Below, piece after piece: positions 1-9,916 of a stretch of 64,000 bases of DNA (positions are counted from its first letter, which is position 1; the number at the start of each line of letters is the position of its first letter). Origin of the DNA: a virus. Both the position numbers and the translations under genes were made by a program. The notes beneath the pieces were generated by a model. It had not been told where the DNA came from, made no database searches, and saw only the letters and a program-made list of their open reading frames with translations. Location: positions 5,990 through 69,989 of the IMG/VR virus record IMGVR_UViG_2837383163_000007; one strand, given 5' to 3'.

Positions 1-23
1 CATATACAAAGCTAACAAACGAA

Positions 24-272
24 TTGTCAGAAAACACAATCCTTGAAATGATTGACAAATATGCTTTTGATATAATGTTATTTATGCCAAAGTATATCAA
101 GACCAACAGACAGAAGCTTGATTATTTGACAGATAGGCTGATAAGAGAGAGAGAAGATTTCTTTGAGAATAAATATCAGATAGATAGATTTACACCTAGT
201 GAATTTAATTTTAGAGATGGTGAGCAGGTAGAGAAGAAAAAAACATTCTTAGATTACCTGGAGGAGTTATAG
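24..272 (+). CDS. Hypothetical phage protein (possibly 5'-truncated by window edge)
   Basis: ORF followed by RBS of next gene; ends in FLDYLEEL. Confidence 0.55.
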   Translation: MSENTILEMIDKYAFDIMLFMPKYIKTNRQKLDYLTDRLIREREDFFENKYQIDRFTPSEFNFRDGEQVEKKKTFLDYLEEL

Positions 273-286
273 TGGAGGAGTTATAG
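259..286 (+). repeat. 14-bp tandem duplication TGGAGGAGTTATAG x2 (stop codon plus RBS)
   Basis: Read directly at 259-272 and 273-286. Confidence 0.85.
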
Positions 287-762
287 TGAGAGAAAAATTA
301 ATAGATTTAAGAAAAAATGGTGATAGAGAGATTCCAAAAATAGATTCAATTTTTCCAAAAGATTTGATTGATAATTATCCAAATGAGGTTGTTTTGCTTT
401 ATAGCAGGGGTATGGAAAATAGACAAATAGGAAGAACATATTTTTTATTAAGAGAAGTTGTTGAAAAGAATGGAATTTATGCTACCAATGACAGAACGAG
501 ATTAAATTCTATAAAAAAATATTCCCAAAGCTTAGATTTTTATAAAGATGGAGAGTTTTATTTTGACAGGAGTAATACAACTATGTTGGTAAGTGGCTCC
601 GTAATAGGGAAACGCTTTATGGGGAAAACTATATTTCTAGACTTAGATATATCTGTTTCTCAAATAGGGATGTTAAAAAGCTTCATATCTGATTTAAGGA
701 TTAGAGGGGCGATTGTGTCAGGAATTTGTAGAGTACAAGTTCCAGATTGTAGTGTTGTTTAA
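286..762 (+). CDS. Hypothetical protein, possibly degenerate P-loop-like (RQIGRT)
   Basis: 158-aa ORF with GGAGG RBS. Confidence 0.55.
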   Translation: MREKLIDLRKNGDREIPKIDSIFPKDLIDNYPNEVVLLYSRGMENRQIGRTYFLLREVVEKNGIYATNDRTRLNSIKKYSQSLDFYKDGEFYFDRSNTTMLVSGSVIGKRFMGKTIFLDLDISVSQIGMLKSFISDLRIRGAIVSGICRVQVPDCSVV

Positions 763-1009
763 ATGGAAAAATGTGACTAAAAAATATAGGAGCAGCAGTG
801 ATATTATGTATAAAGAAAAAGTAATAAACGAATTAACTAACAAACTAATATCTGAAATTGAATCAAATGGCATTATATCTGTAACAGAAATGTTTGATTA
901 TAATTCACTTAATGAATCTTTAATCAATATAAAAAAAGAAATAAAAGATATAAATTCAAATGAGATAAGAAATCAAGTTATAGAAAATATAGAAACATAC
1001 GGCTATTAA
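713..1009 (+). CDS. Hypothetical protein (true start probably the ATG near 806)
   Basis: ORF; AGGAG lies upstream of the internal ATG. Confidence 0.45.
   Translation: MCQEFVEYKFQIVVLFKWKNVTKKYRSSSDIMYKEKVINELTNKLISEIESNGIISVTEMFDYNSLNESLINIKKEIKDINSNEIRNQVIENIETYGY
762..792 (+). repeat. 31-bp direct repeat, copy 1 (AATGGAAAAwTGTGACTAAAAAATATAGGAG)
   Basis: One mismatch versus the copy at 1357-1387. Confidence 0.85.
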
Positions 1010-1111
1010 ATACATTTTAAAATATTAAAATCTGGAATTAGTAATAGATATATTTTCTATACTTATTTTACAAAAAAAGGTGAGGGGAATATAGATAATT
1101 TATTAAATAAA

Positions 1112-1345
1112 TTGATAAAAAACAAATATAAAAAGATTGATATAGAAACAGAAATAAACAAAGAGCTTAAGAATTTAAATTATTTTTATGAAAAAGGTGA
1201 AATTTCTAATGAAGGATATGATGACATAAACTTTTTTATAAACAATGCAAAAAGTTTATATGGTAAATACTTTACCCTAGATAAAATCCAAAAATTAAGA
1301 ATTAATGTGATATCAAAGCTTATAGCTAAAAATATTAACTCATAA
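1112..1345 (+). CDS. Hypothetical protein (possible ATA start at 1091)
   Basis: ORF; GGTGAGGGG lies upstream of an in-frame ATA. Confidence 0.5.
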   Translation: MIKNKYKKIDIETEINKELKNLNYFYEKGEISNEGYDDINFFINNAKSLYGKYFTLDKIQKLRINVISKLIAKNINS

Positions 1346-1356
1346 TAAAGCGTTAC

Positions 1357-1387
1357 AATGGAAAATTGTGACTAAAAAATATAGGAG
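1357..1387 (+). repeat. 31-bp direct repeat, copy 2
   Basis: Matches 762-792. Confidence 0.85.
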
Positions 1388-1595
1388 TTTATATGAAGAT
1401 TGTCATGATTCATTGAATAAGACTCAAAAGGCTGAAGATATATATGATATGTGGATAAAAAAATTTCTTGATGATATATGGGAAGTATATGGTAAGTTTA
1501 CAGCAAGAGAATTAGAAGACATAAACTTACAAGAATATGCTATTTGTAAGACTAGAGAAGGATTAAGCCTAGTGAACCATCTACTAGACCAATAG
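1368..1595 (+). pseudogene. C-terminal fragment of a Panacea/SocA (DUF4065)-like protein
   Basis: KFLDDIWEVYGKFTARELEDINLQEYAICKTREG parallels KFLEEVYLEYGKYTTSELESIMLQEYAFCKARNG of 16365-16811; N-terminal half missing. Confidence 0.65.
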
Positions 1596-1747
1596 ATATT
1601 AGGCAGGTTTATAGTGATTACGAAGGAAGACAAGTAAAGCAGATATGAGTAATATGATATTTTGGTTATTGAGGGGAAGTGCTTTTAGTGGCAGGTGGTA
1701 AGTTTGCTAAAAAAATGAAGGAGGTTCAGAAATGGAAAATAGTATAA

Positions 1748-1891
1748 TTCCAGCAATGTGGAACGCTTATATTTAAATGGAACGAGAAACAAATAAAACT
1801 AAGTGAAGTGTTGAAGGTTATAGAATATAGTCCATTGCTTGGTAATAGAAGAACAAAAACGCATTGGATGGTAATTTGCAAGAAAGGATAA
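1748..1891 (+). pseudogene. Relic C-terminus of a phage class I SAM-dependent methyltransferase
   Basis: Frame reads GTLIFKWNEKQIKLSEVLKVIEYSPLLGNRRTKTHWMV, the characteristic C-terminus of this phage MTase family; upstream part absent. Confidence 0.7.
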
Positions 1892-1895
1892 AAAT

Positions 1896-2096
1896 ATGCA
1901 GTTGTCATATAGATTAGAAGTAATAGCAGTGAAATATGCTGTCATATACATAGAAAATGAAATGTCTGGTATTAGGAGATATTTAGCGCTGAACAAAAAT
2001 GATAGCGATTATAGGACAGCAATGGAAGAAAGGCTCAAGAGTTTGAAATATGAGTATAAAGAATTGAAATCATGGTTAGAAAGTGTGGGTGAATGA
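1896..2096 (+). CDS. Hypothetical coiled-coil protein, paralogue of 9917-10120
   Basis: AAAGGA RBS; clear similarity to 9917-10120. Confidence 0.7.
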   Translation: MQLSYRLEVIAVKYAVIYIENEMSGIRRYLALNKNDSDYRTAMEERLKSLKYEYKELKSWLESVGE

Positions 2097-2296
2097 TTAT
2101 GAGTAACACAAATTTTAGGAGTAAAATAATGATTGTAAAATATATAGATAATTCAAAAGAAGAGTATCAAAACGTTACTGATATCAAAATAGAACAACCA
2201 TGGATAGATGGGGGATATTTATCATTTTATCAAAGTATGGAAAGAATAAGAATCCCGCTTAAAACAGTTAGAGATTACAAAGTGGAAGAGGTGTAA
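2093..2296 (+). CDS. Hypothetical protein
   Basis: ATGA overlap with upstream gene. Confidence 0.6.
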   Translation: MIMSNTNFRSKIMIVKYIDNSKEEYQNVTDIKIEQPWIDGGYLSFYQSMERIRIPLKTVRDYKVEEV

Positions 2297-2298
2297 AA

Positions 2299-2547
2299 AT
2301 GGCTAAAGGAAAATCATATGTAGTTTACGAAGAAGATGAGATATTATACAGAATTAACGAAGATAAAAAAATTGAATTTTGCGAGGTTAATATACTGGGA
2401 AGCTGTGAACTTAGTGGCGAAACACATGATGGAGAATCGATTAATCTGATTGAAGACTTAAAAGATGAAATTGACTTATCTAACGAAGATTTAATTGATT
2501 ATATTAGAGGAAGTGGGTTGTTTACCATGGTAAAAAGTCTTTTTTAG
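2299..2547 (+). CDS. Hypothetical acidic protein
   Basis: GAGGTG RBS before ATG. Confidence 0.6.
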   Translation: MAKGKSYVVYEEDEILYRINEDKKIEFCEVNILGSCELSGETHDGESINLIEDLKDEIDLSNEDLIDYIRGSGLFTMVKSLF

Positions 2548-2606
2548 ATTATTTAGAGGAGTTGTAATGGAAGAAGAGTGCAAATGATAAAAAAGGGGAT
2601 GAGGAT

Positions 2607-3209
2607 ATAGTTAAATATACAGCTAATATATATAGACAATTAGGAGCAAGTAACCATTCTGATAAAAAAAGAGATGAATACGATTATTATGCTACAGACC
2701 CAAAAGCAGTAGAAAAATTGCTACACACTCTAAAAAAAGACGGGGTCGTATTGCCCAATAAATTATGGGAATGTGCAAATGGGGAAGGTCATATAACAAA
2801 TGTATTGAAACATTGGGGGCATGATGTTGTTACCTCTGATTTAATAGACAGAGGAAGTATAGATAAAAAAATAGATTTTTTAAAAATAGAAGATAACCCG
2901 TATAAAAGGAGAAGTATTATAACCAACCCACCATACAAGCAATCACTGGAATTTGTTAGAAAATCAATAGATATATTAGAAACAGGAGAATTAGCAATAT
3001 TCCATTTAAAAATTCAATTCCTAGAAGGAAAAGAGAGATATAAATTTTTCAAAGAAAACCCACCCAAATATGTATATATACACTCTAGCAGAGTTAGATG
3101 TGCAATGAACGGGGACTTTGAAAAGTATAAAGCATCGGCAGTATGTTATTGCTGGTTTGTTTTTGAAAAAGGATTCGATGGAGAAACAACAATTAGATGG
3201 ATAGAATAA
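2607..3209 (+). CDS. DNA N6-adenine methyltransferase (small phage type); ORF track starts at 2718 but the frame extends upstream
   Basis: LGASNH...DYYATDP N-terminus in frame upstream of 2718; WECANGEGH motif I; ITNPPY motif IV. Confidence 0.85.
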   Translation: MVKYTANIYRQLGASNHSDKKRDEYDYYATDPKAVEKLLHTLKKDGVVLPNKLWECANGEGHITNVLKHWGHDVVTSDLIDRGSIDKKIDFLKIEDNPYKRRSIITNPPYKQSLEFVRKSIDILETGELAIFHLKIQFLEGKERYKFFKENPPKYVYIHSSRVRCAMNGDFEKYKASAVCYCWFVFEKGFDGETTIRWIE

Positions 3210-3213
3210 AGAG

Positions 3214-3948
3214 GTGATAATTATACGATATTTAGGTGGCAAGTCAAGAATTTGTAAGGATTTAGGGGGATTCTTTAATTCAAAACTTGCAGAGAAAAAG
3301 AGACAAGTGTTTGTAGACTTGTTTTGTGGCAGTTGTAATGTTGTTGCTGAAATAGACAATAAATACCATAGAATAGCCAATGACAAACATAAATATCTTA
3401 TTGCTATGTGGAAAGCAATGCAAGAAGGGTGGATTCCACCAGACACTTGCAGCGAAGAGGAATATAAATATATAAAACAGAACCAAGATGAGGATATGGC
3501 TTTAAGTGGATTTATAGGTTTTGCTTGTAGTTTTGGTGGGAGATGGTTTGAGGGCTATGCCAGAAGAAAGGATGCTTATAGGAATTATTGTACCGAAGGT
3601 AAAAGAGGCAACATTAGGCTAATTGAAAATATGAAAAATGTTCAATTTGAAAACAAGGATTATAAAGACCTTGAGATTCCTGATGGTGCAATTGTATATT
3701 GTGATATCCCATATAAAGGCAAAAAACAATATTCTTTAAAAGAGTGTGGTAAGTTTAATCACAATGAATTTTATGACTGGGTAGAGAAAAACAAACACAG
3801 ATTTGATATTTATATAAGTGAGTATAAGGAATCTACCCCAGATGGATTTAAGATAGTTTGGGAAAAGGAATCAAAAACTGGTTTGAGGAATATAAATAAT
3901 AAAAAAATAAAAACCACAGAGGTTTTAATTACACCGACTTTAAGTTAG
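3214..3948 (+). CDS. Dam-like (D12 class) DNA adenine methyltransferase
   Basis: RYLGGK, DLFCGS, SFGGRW, YCDIPY motifs. Confidence 0.88.
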   Translation: MIIIRYLGGKSRICKDLGGFFNSKLAEKKRQVFVDLFCGSCNVVAEIDNKYHRIANDKHKYLIAMWKAMQEGWIPPDTCSEEEYKYIKQNQDEDMALSGFIGFACSFGGRWFEGYARRKDAYRNYCTEGKRGNIRLIENMKNVQFENKDYKDLEIPDGAIVYCDIPYKGKKQYSLKECGKFNHNEFYDWVEKNKHRFDIYISEYKESTPDGFKIVWEKESKTGLRNINNKKIKTTEVLITPTLS

Positions 3949-4014
3949 ATTAAAAATAAAAGTATTATAGATATCAAAAGGTCAGGAGAAATTTTAATTT
4001 AAAGGAGATAGTAT

Positions 4015-4263
4015 ATGAAAATAGGAAATAAGTCAAAGAATAGAATAATAGAATGCGGTGATTTAGTTCAATTTGAGCCATATGAGGATTACAGGTTAAT
4101 AGTATCTTTTGGAGATGAGGGTGAATACTTCTATTTAGCAATAGATATCATGAATTCATCAGTAGCTGGGAAAAGTAGACGGGGTGAAAGTTTATTTGAT
4201 TTTTGTGAAAGAATGAGATATAGATTAGTTTCAAAAAATAAAGATTTAAAACTTGAATTTTAA
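4015..4263 (+). CDS. Hypothetical protein
   Basis: AAAGGAG RBS. Confidence 0.65.
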   Translation: MKIGNKSKNRIIECGDLVQFEPYEDYRLIVSFGDEGEYFYLAIDIMNSSVAGKSRRGESLFDFCERMRYRLVSKNKDLKLEF

Positions 4264-4317
4264 TAATAAAATGTATGTTTAGTACAAAAAACTACAATAT
4301 ACAAGGTTTAAGGAGAT

Positions 4318-5028
4318 GTGGAGCGTATTAGTATAGTAGATTATTATAAAGAATATGTGGAAAATATAAAAAAGTTAAGAGAAAGTGAAAAATATCAAAA
4401 AGAATTTAATTCTATTAAAAACATCTGTGTAGAGCTTATTGAAGAAATATATGTTTTGTGTGGGAAATATAAAAATGCTTATTTTTATGAATATGAAAAA
4501 TCAGAAAAGGATGTTGATTTTAATATAAGACAACATTGCAAAAGAGAGGCTTTAAAAAAAAGAGATACAGTTCTTTTCGTTAATAAATTAGAAGGTGATA
4601 TTAAATATAGTCTATACAAAGAATTAAATGGAAAAGAAAATATGGGTCAAATGGTAGATTTTAAAAAATATTTAGAGTTTAAAAAAGAGGCTATTGAATC
4701 AGGGATATATGATATTGAAAAGAAGATAATTATAGACTTAATAATTGACGCTTATTATAATGACAGATTAAAAAATAAACCAAACACTAAGATGTTTTTT
4801 CCATGGGATTCAGATAGAAGACTTACGTGGTTAGTTTTAGGATATGAACATGGTTTTGATGAGGAGATGTTTATAAGCACTATAAGTTTAACTATTAAAA
4901 AAAGAAAACTTGCTAAAGATTGGTCTTTGAGTTTTTGCGATGACCCAAGCTGTTATTATGAATCCTTTGATATAGAAAGAGATGAAAAATATAAACTTGA
5001 AAACTATTTTAAAAATAATTTATGTTAA
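4318..5028 (+). CDS. Hypothetical protein
   Basis: 236-aa ORF with AAGGAG RBS. Confidence 0.7.
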   Translation: MERISIVDYYKEYVENIKKLRESEKYQKEFNSIKNICVELIEEIYVLCGKYKNAYFYEYEKSEKDVDFNIRQHCKREALKKRDTVLFVNKLEGDIKYSLYKELNGKENMGQMVDFKKYLEFKKEAIESGIYDIEKKIIIDLIIDAYYNDRLKNKPNTKMFFPWDSDRRLTWLVLGYEHGFDEEMFISTISLTIKKRKLAKDWSLSFCDDPSCYYESFDIERDEKYKLENYFKNNLC

Positions 5029-5042
5029 AATTTTAATGTGAG

Positions 5043-5396
5043 GTGTGCATGAAGATGTTTTGTAGATTAGAGGATATTAAGGATTATTTGGAAAACTTAG
5101 AACAAAAAGATGAAAAGTATTATAGGTTATATCATAATACTATAGATGACATGATGGACAAAGATATGACAAATGACTTCTTGAATAAATATAGAGAAAA
5201 AATATTAGATTTAATTGAATGTTATATAAAAGAGAATGCAGATATGCTTTCATTGGGCAAGGATTTTGGGCAATCAGATAGAGATATAGAAATGTCTATT
5301 GATTTTATGTATGATTTGGTAGTTTTACTTACTGAAAAATTCACAGAAAGTATAGAACAAGAAATTAATTATGAGAGGAAGTATATGATATTATGA
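5043..5396 (+). CDS. Hypothetical protein
   Basis: GAGGTG RBS, 117-aa ORF. Confidence 0.6.
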   Translation: MCMKMFCRLEDIKDYLENLEQKDEKYYRLYHNTIDDMMDKDMTNDFLNKYREKILDLIECYIKENADMLSLGKDFGQSDRDIEMSIDFMYDLVVLLTEKFTESIEQEINYERKYMIL

Positions 5397-5594
5397 TAAT
5401 AAATAAGGTTTATAATTTGTGGTATATAGGTCAATACAACGGTATAAATTCAACAAAATTTTATTCTAGCAAACAAGAAGCGATAAATTATTAATTAAAT
5501 AAGAAGAAAATGCATGGTATTTTAAAGGCGGATATATAAGGAGGGGTGATTATTCCTGTATAGTGAAAAAATAAAAAATAAATATCCTGCCAAA

Positions 5595-7133
5595 ATGTTG
5601 GCAGAAAGAGAGTTCCCAGAAACTCAAGTTATATCTTGTTTAATAGAGGATTTAACTTTACTAGATGATTTTGAATTAAAAGAGTCAGACTTTATCTCTA
5701 TAGAATATAGAATTATCTGGAACATTATAAAAAAACTAAAAGAAGAAGGATACCAATCTGTTTCTTTGTTAGAAATTAAATCTAGGTTGTCAGAGCCTGA
5801 AAAACAGTTTTTTAAGAATGAAAATATTTGGGAAACTCTAAACGATGGGTTTTCATTAATAGAAAAAGATAAATTCAAGGGTTATTTGGATACATTATAT
5901 AAAAATAACACTTACATGACACTTCATAAGTTAGGATTTGATTTGTTTAAAGAGATTACTTATAATAAGAAAACATTTGTTCCTTTTGAATTATTTAGAA
6001 GTATGTCAAGCAATGAGGTAAAAGAGTTCTACGAATATCAGATTAACAATTTTGGGACAGTTGACACAGATAAGAGTATAGAGGAAAGTATAATAGCTTT
6101 TGATGATGATTACATACATGATATTATGGAAGGTAAGTCGGTAGGCATATTGTTTGATAATGCAGGTGAGGATATTGTAGGAAATAAAATAGAAGGATTC
6201 CCAATTATAAGCAGACAGTCTAATGGTTTATTACCAGGAACACTATCTGTTCTAGCCGGATATACTAATGTGGGGAAGTCTACTTTCTTAATATCTTTGA
6301 TAATGGCATTATTATTTCGAGGAGAAAAAGTGGTTTTATGTTCTAACGAGCAAAAAGTAAAACCATTTAAAGATAATTTTTTAATGTGGGTTCTTGTCAA
6401 TAAATTAAACTATAAAAAATTAGATAAGAATAAATTAAGACAAGGGAGAAAGGCATTTACTGAGGAAGATATGAAGATGATTAATCTTGCCAGAGATATT
6501 TGGGAAAAAGAATACCAATCAAAGATATTGTTTATATCTATACCTTCAGCGAAAATGGAACACGTTGAAAAGAAATTTAGAGAGCACCATCTAAGGGGTG
6601 GATACACTACTTTTATATATGATACTTTTAAGCTTGATTTTACAAATAAAAAAGAGGCTTTTTGGTTGTCATTAATAGATGATTCAAGAAAGTTAGCTGA
6701 ATTTGCTAATAGGTATGCAAATAATAATGTTAAGGTATTTGCTACAATGCAGAATGCTTTATCAACCGAAGGACAACTATGGCTAACAAGGTCTGTTCTA
6801 GCTAACTCAAAACAGGTAACTGAGGTATTCCAAAATTTATATCTTATAAGAGATATGTATCAAGAAGAAAAAGACCCTGATTCTAAGTTTTATTGTAAAC
6901 CATATAAAGTTTCCTATTCAATAAACAAAGATGGGTCTAAAGTAAAAAACATAATTGATTATGAATTAGACTATAATCAAGTCTATAAGATTGTTTTTTT
7001 AGACAAATTAAGAGAGGGAAAAACATCCCAATCTGGAAACTATGCAATTGTTGTTAAATATGATGGGGAGTTTGGAACAATGAAAGAGGTGTGTTTTTGC
7101 ACCCCTGTTAGAAAGAGTATAAATGCAAGTTAA
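5595..7133 (+). CDS. Replicative DnaB-like helicase (SPbeta YorI-like); possible CTG start at 5556
   Basis: Walker A GYTNVGKS, SNEQ, Walker B FIYDTFK, TMQ, KLREG arginine finger. Confidence 0.9.
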   Translation: MLAEREFPETQVISCLIEDLTLLDDFELKESDFISIEYRIIWNIIKKLKEEGYQSVSLLEIKSRLSEPEKQFFKNENIWETLNDGFSLIEKDKFKGYLDTLYKNNTYMTLHKLGFDLFKEITYNKKTFVPFELFRSMSSNEVKEFYEYQINNFGTVDTDKSIEESIIAFDDDYIHDIMEGKSVGILFDNAGEDIVGNKIEGFPIISRQSNGLLPGTLSVLAGYTNVGKSTFLISLIMALLFRGEKVVLCSNEQKVKPFKDNFLMWVLVNKLNYKKLDKNKLRQGRKAFTEEDMKMINLARDIWEKEYQSKILFISIPSAKMEHVEKKFREHHLRGGYTTFIYDTFKLDFTNKKEAFWLSLIDDSRKLAEFANRYANNNVKVFATMQNALSTEGQLWLTRSVLANSKQVTEVFQNLYLIRDMYQEEKDPDSKFYCKPYKVSYSINKDGSKVKNIIDYELDYNQVYKIVFLDKLREGKTSQSGNYAIVVKYDGEFGTMKEVCFCTPVRKSINAS

Positions 7134-8118
7134 AAAAGCATTGCTTGAAAAAAATAACATAGAGAAAGTCTTAAATTTTTATGGTTATGCCAATATCGTT
7201 GATAAAGGAGATGAAATTAGATGTGGTTTAACCATAAAAACAAACCCATCTTCAATTGCTATATATAAAAACGATAATATATCTGCCATGGATTACGGCA
7301 GGAATATAAATGGTGATATATTCACTCTAATTATGGAACATAAAACAATAAGTTATTCAGAAATAATTAGTGATATAAAGTCTCTTTTAGGTATTGAAAT
7401 AACATATGCTGTAAAAGAAAAAAACGAGAGTGTATCAAGGGTTTTTGATGATATATTATTTAAGAAAAAAGAGGAATTGAAAATTTACTCAGAGGATACC
7501 TTAGATAAATATGATAAGAAATGGAATCTAAGATTTCTAAAAGACGGTATATCAATCGAAACTCAGAAAAAATTTGAGATAATGTATGATTATGAAACAG
7601 AAAGAATAGTTATCCCACACAGAAATTCTGAAGGTGAGTTGTGTGGAATAATAGGCAGAATCAACTCTGATTTAAATATAACAAATAAGTATTATCCATT
7701 AATTGCATACCCAAAAGGACGTGCGATTTTTGGGTATGCACAGAATTATAAAAATCTATATAACGCAGAAACCATATATATTGGAGAATCGGAAAAATTT
7801 GTAATGCAATTGGATAGCATGGGTTACCATAATGCTATAGCTTTATCAGGCAGCAGTATTACGAAAGAACAATCATTTTTAATAGCAAAACTAAATCCTA
7901 AAAAGGTGGTGTTTTGCTTTGACGAGGGACTAGAAGAAACTGTTATATATAGATGTGTGAATAAATTTTTTATGCTAACCAATAAAATGAATATAGAAAC
8001 AGGTATTCTTATAGATAGAAATAACAAATATCTATTAAAGGGAAGTAAAGATTCACCATCAGACAATGGTATATATATATGGGAAAGCTTAATTAAAGAA
8101 TGTTACGAAAGGATATAA
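7123..8118 (+). CDS. DNA primase (TOPRIM, SPbeta YorJ-like)
   Basis: RIVIPHRN..G, GESEKFVMQ, FDEG motifs; follows the helicase. Confidence 0.88.
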   Translation: MQVKKALLEKNNIEKVLNFYGYANIVDKGDEIRCGLTIKTNPSSIAIYKNDNISAMDYGRNINGDIFTLIMEHKTISYSEIISDIKSLLGIEITYAVKEKNESVSRVFDDILFKKKEELKIYSEDTLDKYDKKWNLRFLKDGISIETQKKFEIMYDYETERIVIPHRNSEGELCGIIGRINSDLNITNKYYPLIAYPKGRAIFGYAQNYKNLYNAETIYIGESEKFVMQLDSMGYHNAIALSGSSITKEQSFLIAKLNPKKVVFCFDEGLEETVIYRCVNKFFMLTNKMNIETGILIDRNNKYLLKGSKDSPSDNGIYIWESLIKECYERI

Positions 8119-8121
8119 CAT

Positions 8122-8319
8122 ATGATTAAAATAAATGCTGATTTTGAAATAGAAGCAAATTTGTATGGATACTATGAATTTGAAATTGAAAAAGAAAAAT
8201 GGGATAATATGACTGAAGAAGAAAAAATTATATACACATATAGAAATGGAATACCAACAGTGGTAGATATATTAGAAATAAACGAAGATATATCAAATAT
8301 AGAGGTGGCAGATGAATAA
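8122..8319 (+). CDS. Hypothetical acidic protein
   Basis: AAAGGA RBS; overlaps next gene. Confidence 0.55.
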   Translation: MIKINADFEIEANLYGYYEFEIEKEKWDNMTEEEKIIYTYRNGIPTVVDILEINEDISNIEVADE

Positions 8320-9118
8320 TATCAAAAAGGAATTATATAGTTTTAGTAAATTAACAACATTCCATACTTGCCCATATTCATATTATCTAACATATATAAA
8401 AAAAGAGAAACGAAAAGATAATGTATACTCTTATTTAGGTGGTAAAATACACTCACTGTTAGAGGATTTACAACAAAACAAGATAAATAACCAAAAAGCA
8501 ATTTCTCTATTTTTATCATATTTTGATGATGCTGAGATACTAGGATATAACTTCCCTACGGAAAATTCAAGTAAAAACTTTAAAGAATGTATGGTTAGTT
8601 ATTTTGAAAATTACAAACCTTTTTGTGTTCAAGACTTTAAAATAGAAGAATATTTTGAAGTAGATATAGAGGGAGTCCCTATTAGGGGATATATAGACCT
8701 ATACACTATAACTGATAATAAATATATAGATATATATGATTATAAATCTTCATCTAAATTTACAAAAAAAGATTTAGAGATAAAAAAACTCCAGCTTATA
8801 ATTTATGGTTTAGCTTTAAAAAACAAATATCCTAATATGGTTGTTAGAAGTTTGAGTTTTGATATGTGCAAGTATACAAAAAATTCAAGAGGTACAATAA
8901 TAGAAAGAAATAAATCAAACGAATATACAGGGAGAGCTTTAGTGGAAATTCCATTTACAGAAGAGAATATAAACAAAGCAAAAGAGTTTGTTTTCGATAC
9001 ATATAAAAAGATAAATAATAATAATGAAGAAGAATCTAGTTGGATACCATATATCAATAAGTTTTTTTGTAAAAATATATGTAGCCATTATAAGATATGC
9101 CCTCATTTAAAATTTTAA
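8312..9118 (+). CDS. PD-(D/E)XK nuclease, Cas4/AddB-like with a probable Fe-S cluster
   Basis: SFSKL..F..CPYSY, GYIDL, DYKS, QL..Y and C-terminal CxxxCxxxxxC. Confidence 0.85.
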   Translation: MNNIKKELYSFSKLTTFHTCPYSYYLTYIKKEKRKDNVYSYLGGKIHSLLEDLQQNKINNQKAISLFLSYFDDAEILGYNFPTENSSKNFKECMVSYFENYKPFCVQDFKIEEYFEVDIEGVPIRGYIDLYTITDNKYIDIYDYKSSSKFTKKDLEIKKLQLIIYGLALKNKYPNMVVRSLSFDMCKYTKNSRGTIIERNKSNEYTGRALVEIPFTEENINKAKEFVFDTYKKINNNNEEESSWIPYINKFFCKNICSHYKICPHLKF

Positions 9119-9187
9119 AATACAAAATAAAAAAATATATATTGAAATATGAATAAAAATATGATATAATATTGATATAGGAAAGGA
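9116..9187 (+). promoter_or_regulatory. SigA-type promoter/RBS cassette, copy 1
   Basis: TTGAAA(9142)-17 bp-TATAAT(9165) with TG extension; near-identical copy at 20495-20566. Confidence 0.75.
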
Positions 9188-9191
9188 TGAC

Positions 9192-9500
9192 ATGATAAGA
9201 ATAAACAAAAAGTACGCAATAACAGTAGACAGTCTATGTTTTATACTTAATGAAGTAAAAAAAAATAAAGATGGTGAAGAATATCTTAAACAGCTTACAT
9301 ATCATGGAACTTTAAGAGGGTTGTTGACAAGCATTGTAAAAAGAGAAATTAAAGTTAAAAATGCAAAGGAATTTAAAGATTTAGAGGAGAAACTTTGTGA
9401 AATTGAAGATTTAATTAAAAGAAAAAAAGATATTAATGTTAGTTCTTTAAGAAAAGAATATTTTGAATATAAAGAAAGGATTGAAAAAAATGGAATATGA
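9192..9500 (+). CDS. Hypothetical phage protein
   Basis: Follows promoter and GGAAAGGA RBS. Confidence 0.7.
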   Translation: MIRINKKYAITVDSLCFILNEVKKNKDGEEYLKQLTYHGTLRGLLTSIVKREIKVKNAKEFKDLEEKLCEIEDLIKRKKDINVSSLRKEYFEYKERIEKNGI

Positions 9501-9726
9501 TATAAGAATAAACAATGAACCTCCATATAGATATGAAGGTAAAGGAAAACATAAAATTGAAACAATAGAAGCTATGGAATACTGTGCAGAAAAATTTAAT
9601 CAAAAGCAAGCTGTATCTGTTTCTCAAATAGTAAAATATTTAAGCAGATATAATGATAAAAATGGATATGAAGATTTAGAAAAAGCCTGTGATTATATCA
9701 AAAGACTTACAGGAGAGTGGGCATAA
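9490..9726 (+). CDS. DUF3310-family protein (T7 gp1.7-like nucleotide kinase family)
   Basis: IETIE...IVKYLSRY..KNG.EDLEKA..Y signature. Confidence 0.8.
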   Translation: MEYDIRINNEPPYRYEGKGKHKIETIEAMEYCAEKFNQKQAVSVSQIVKYLSRYNDKNGYEDLEKACDYIKRLTGEWA

Positions 9727-9916
9727 AAAATGGTTGACGATATCAATTATACTTGCAAAACGAGGGGTTGTATCTGAATTAACTGTTGAAGAAGATGGAA
9801 TGTTGCTTTTGATTGTGGATATAATGCGATTTTAGGAGTTCATGATGTTGAATCTTATGAAGAAATATTAGAGTTAGTGAAAAATATTTTAAGAAATGGT
9901 TAGGAGATGAATAGTA

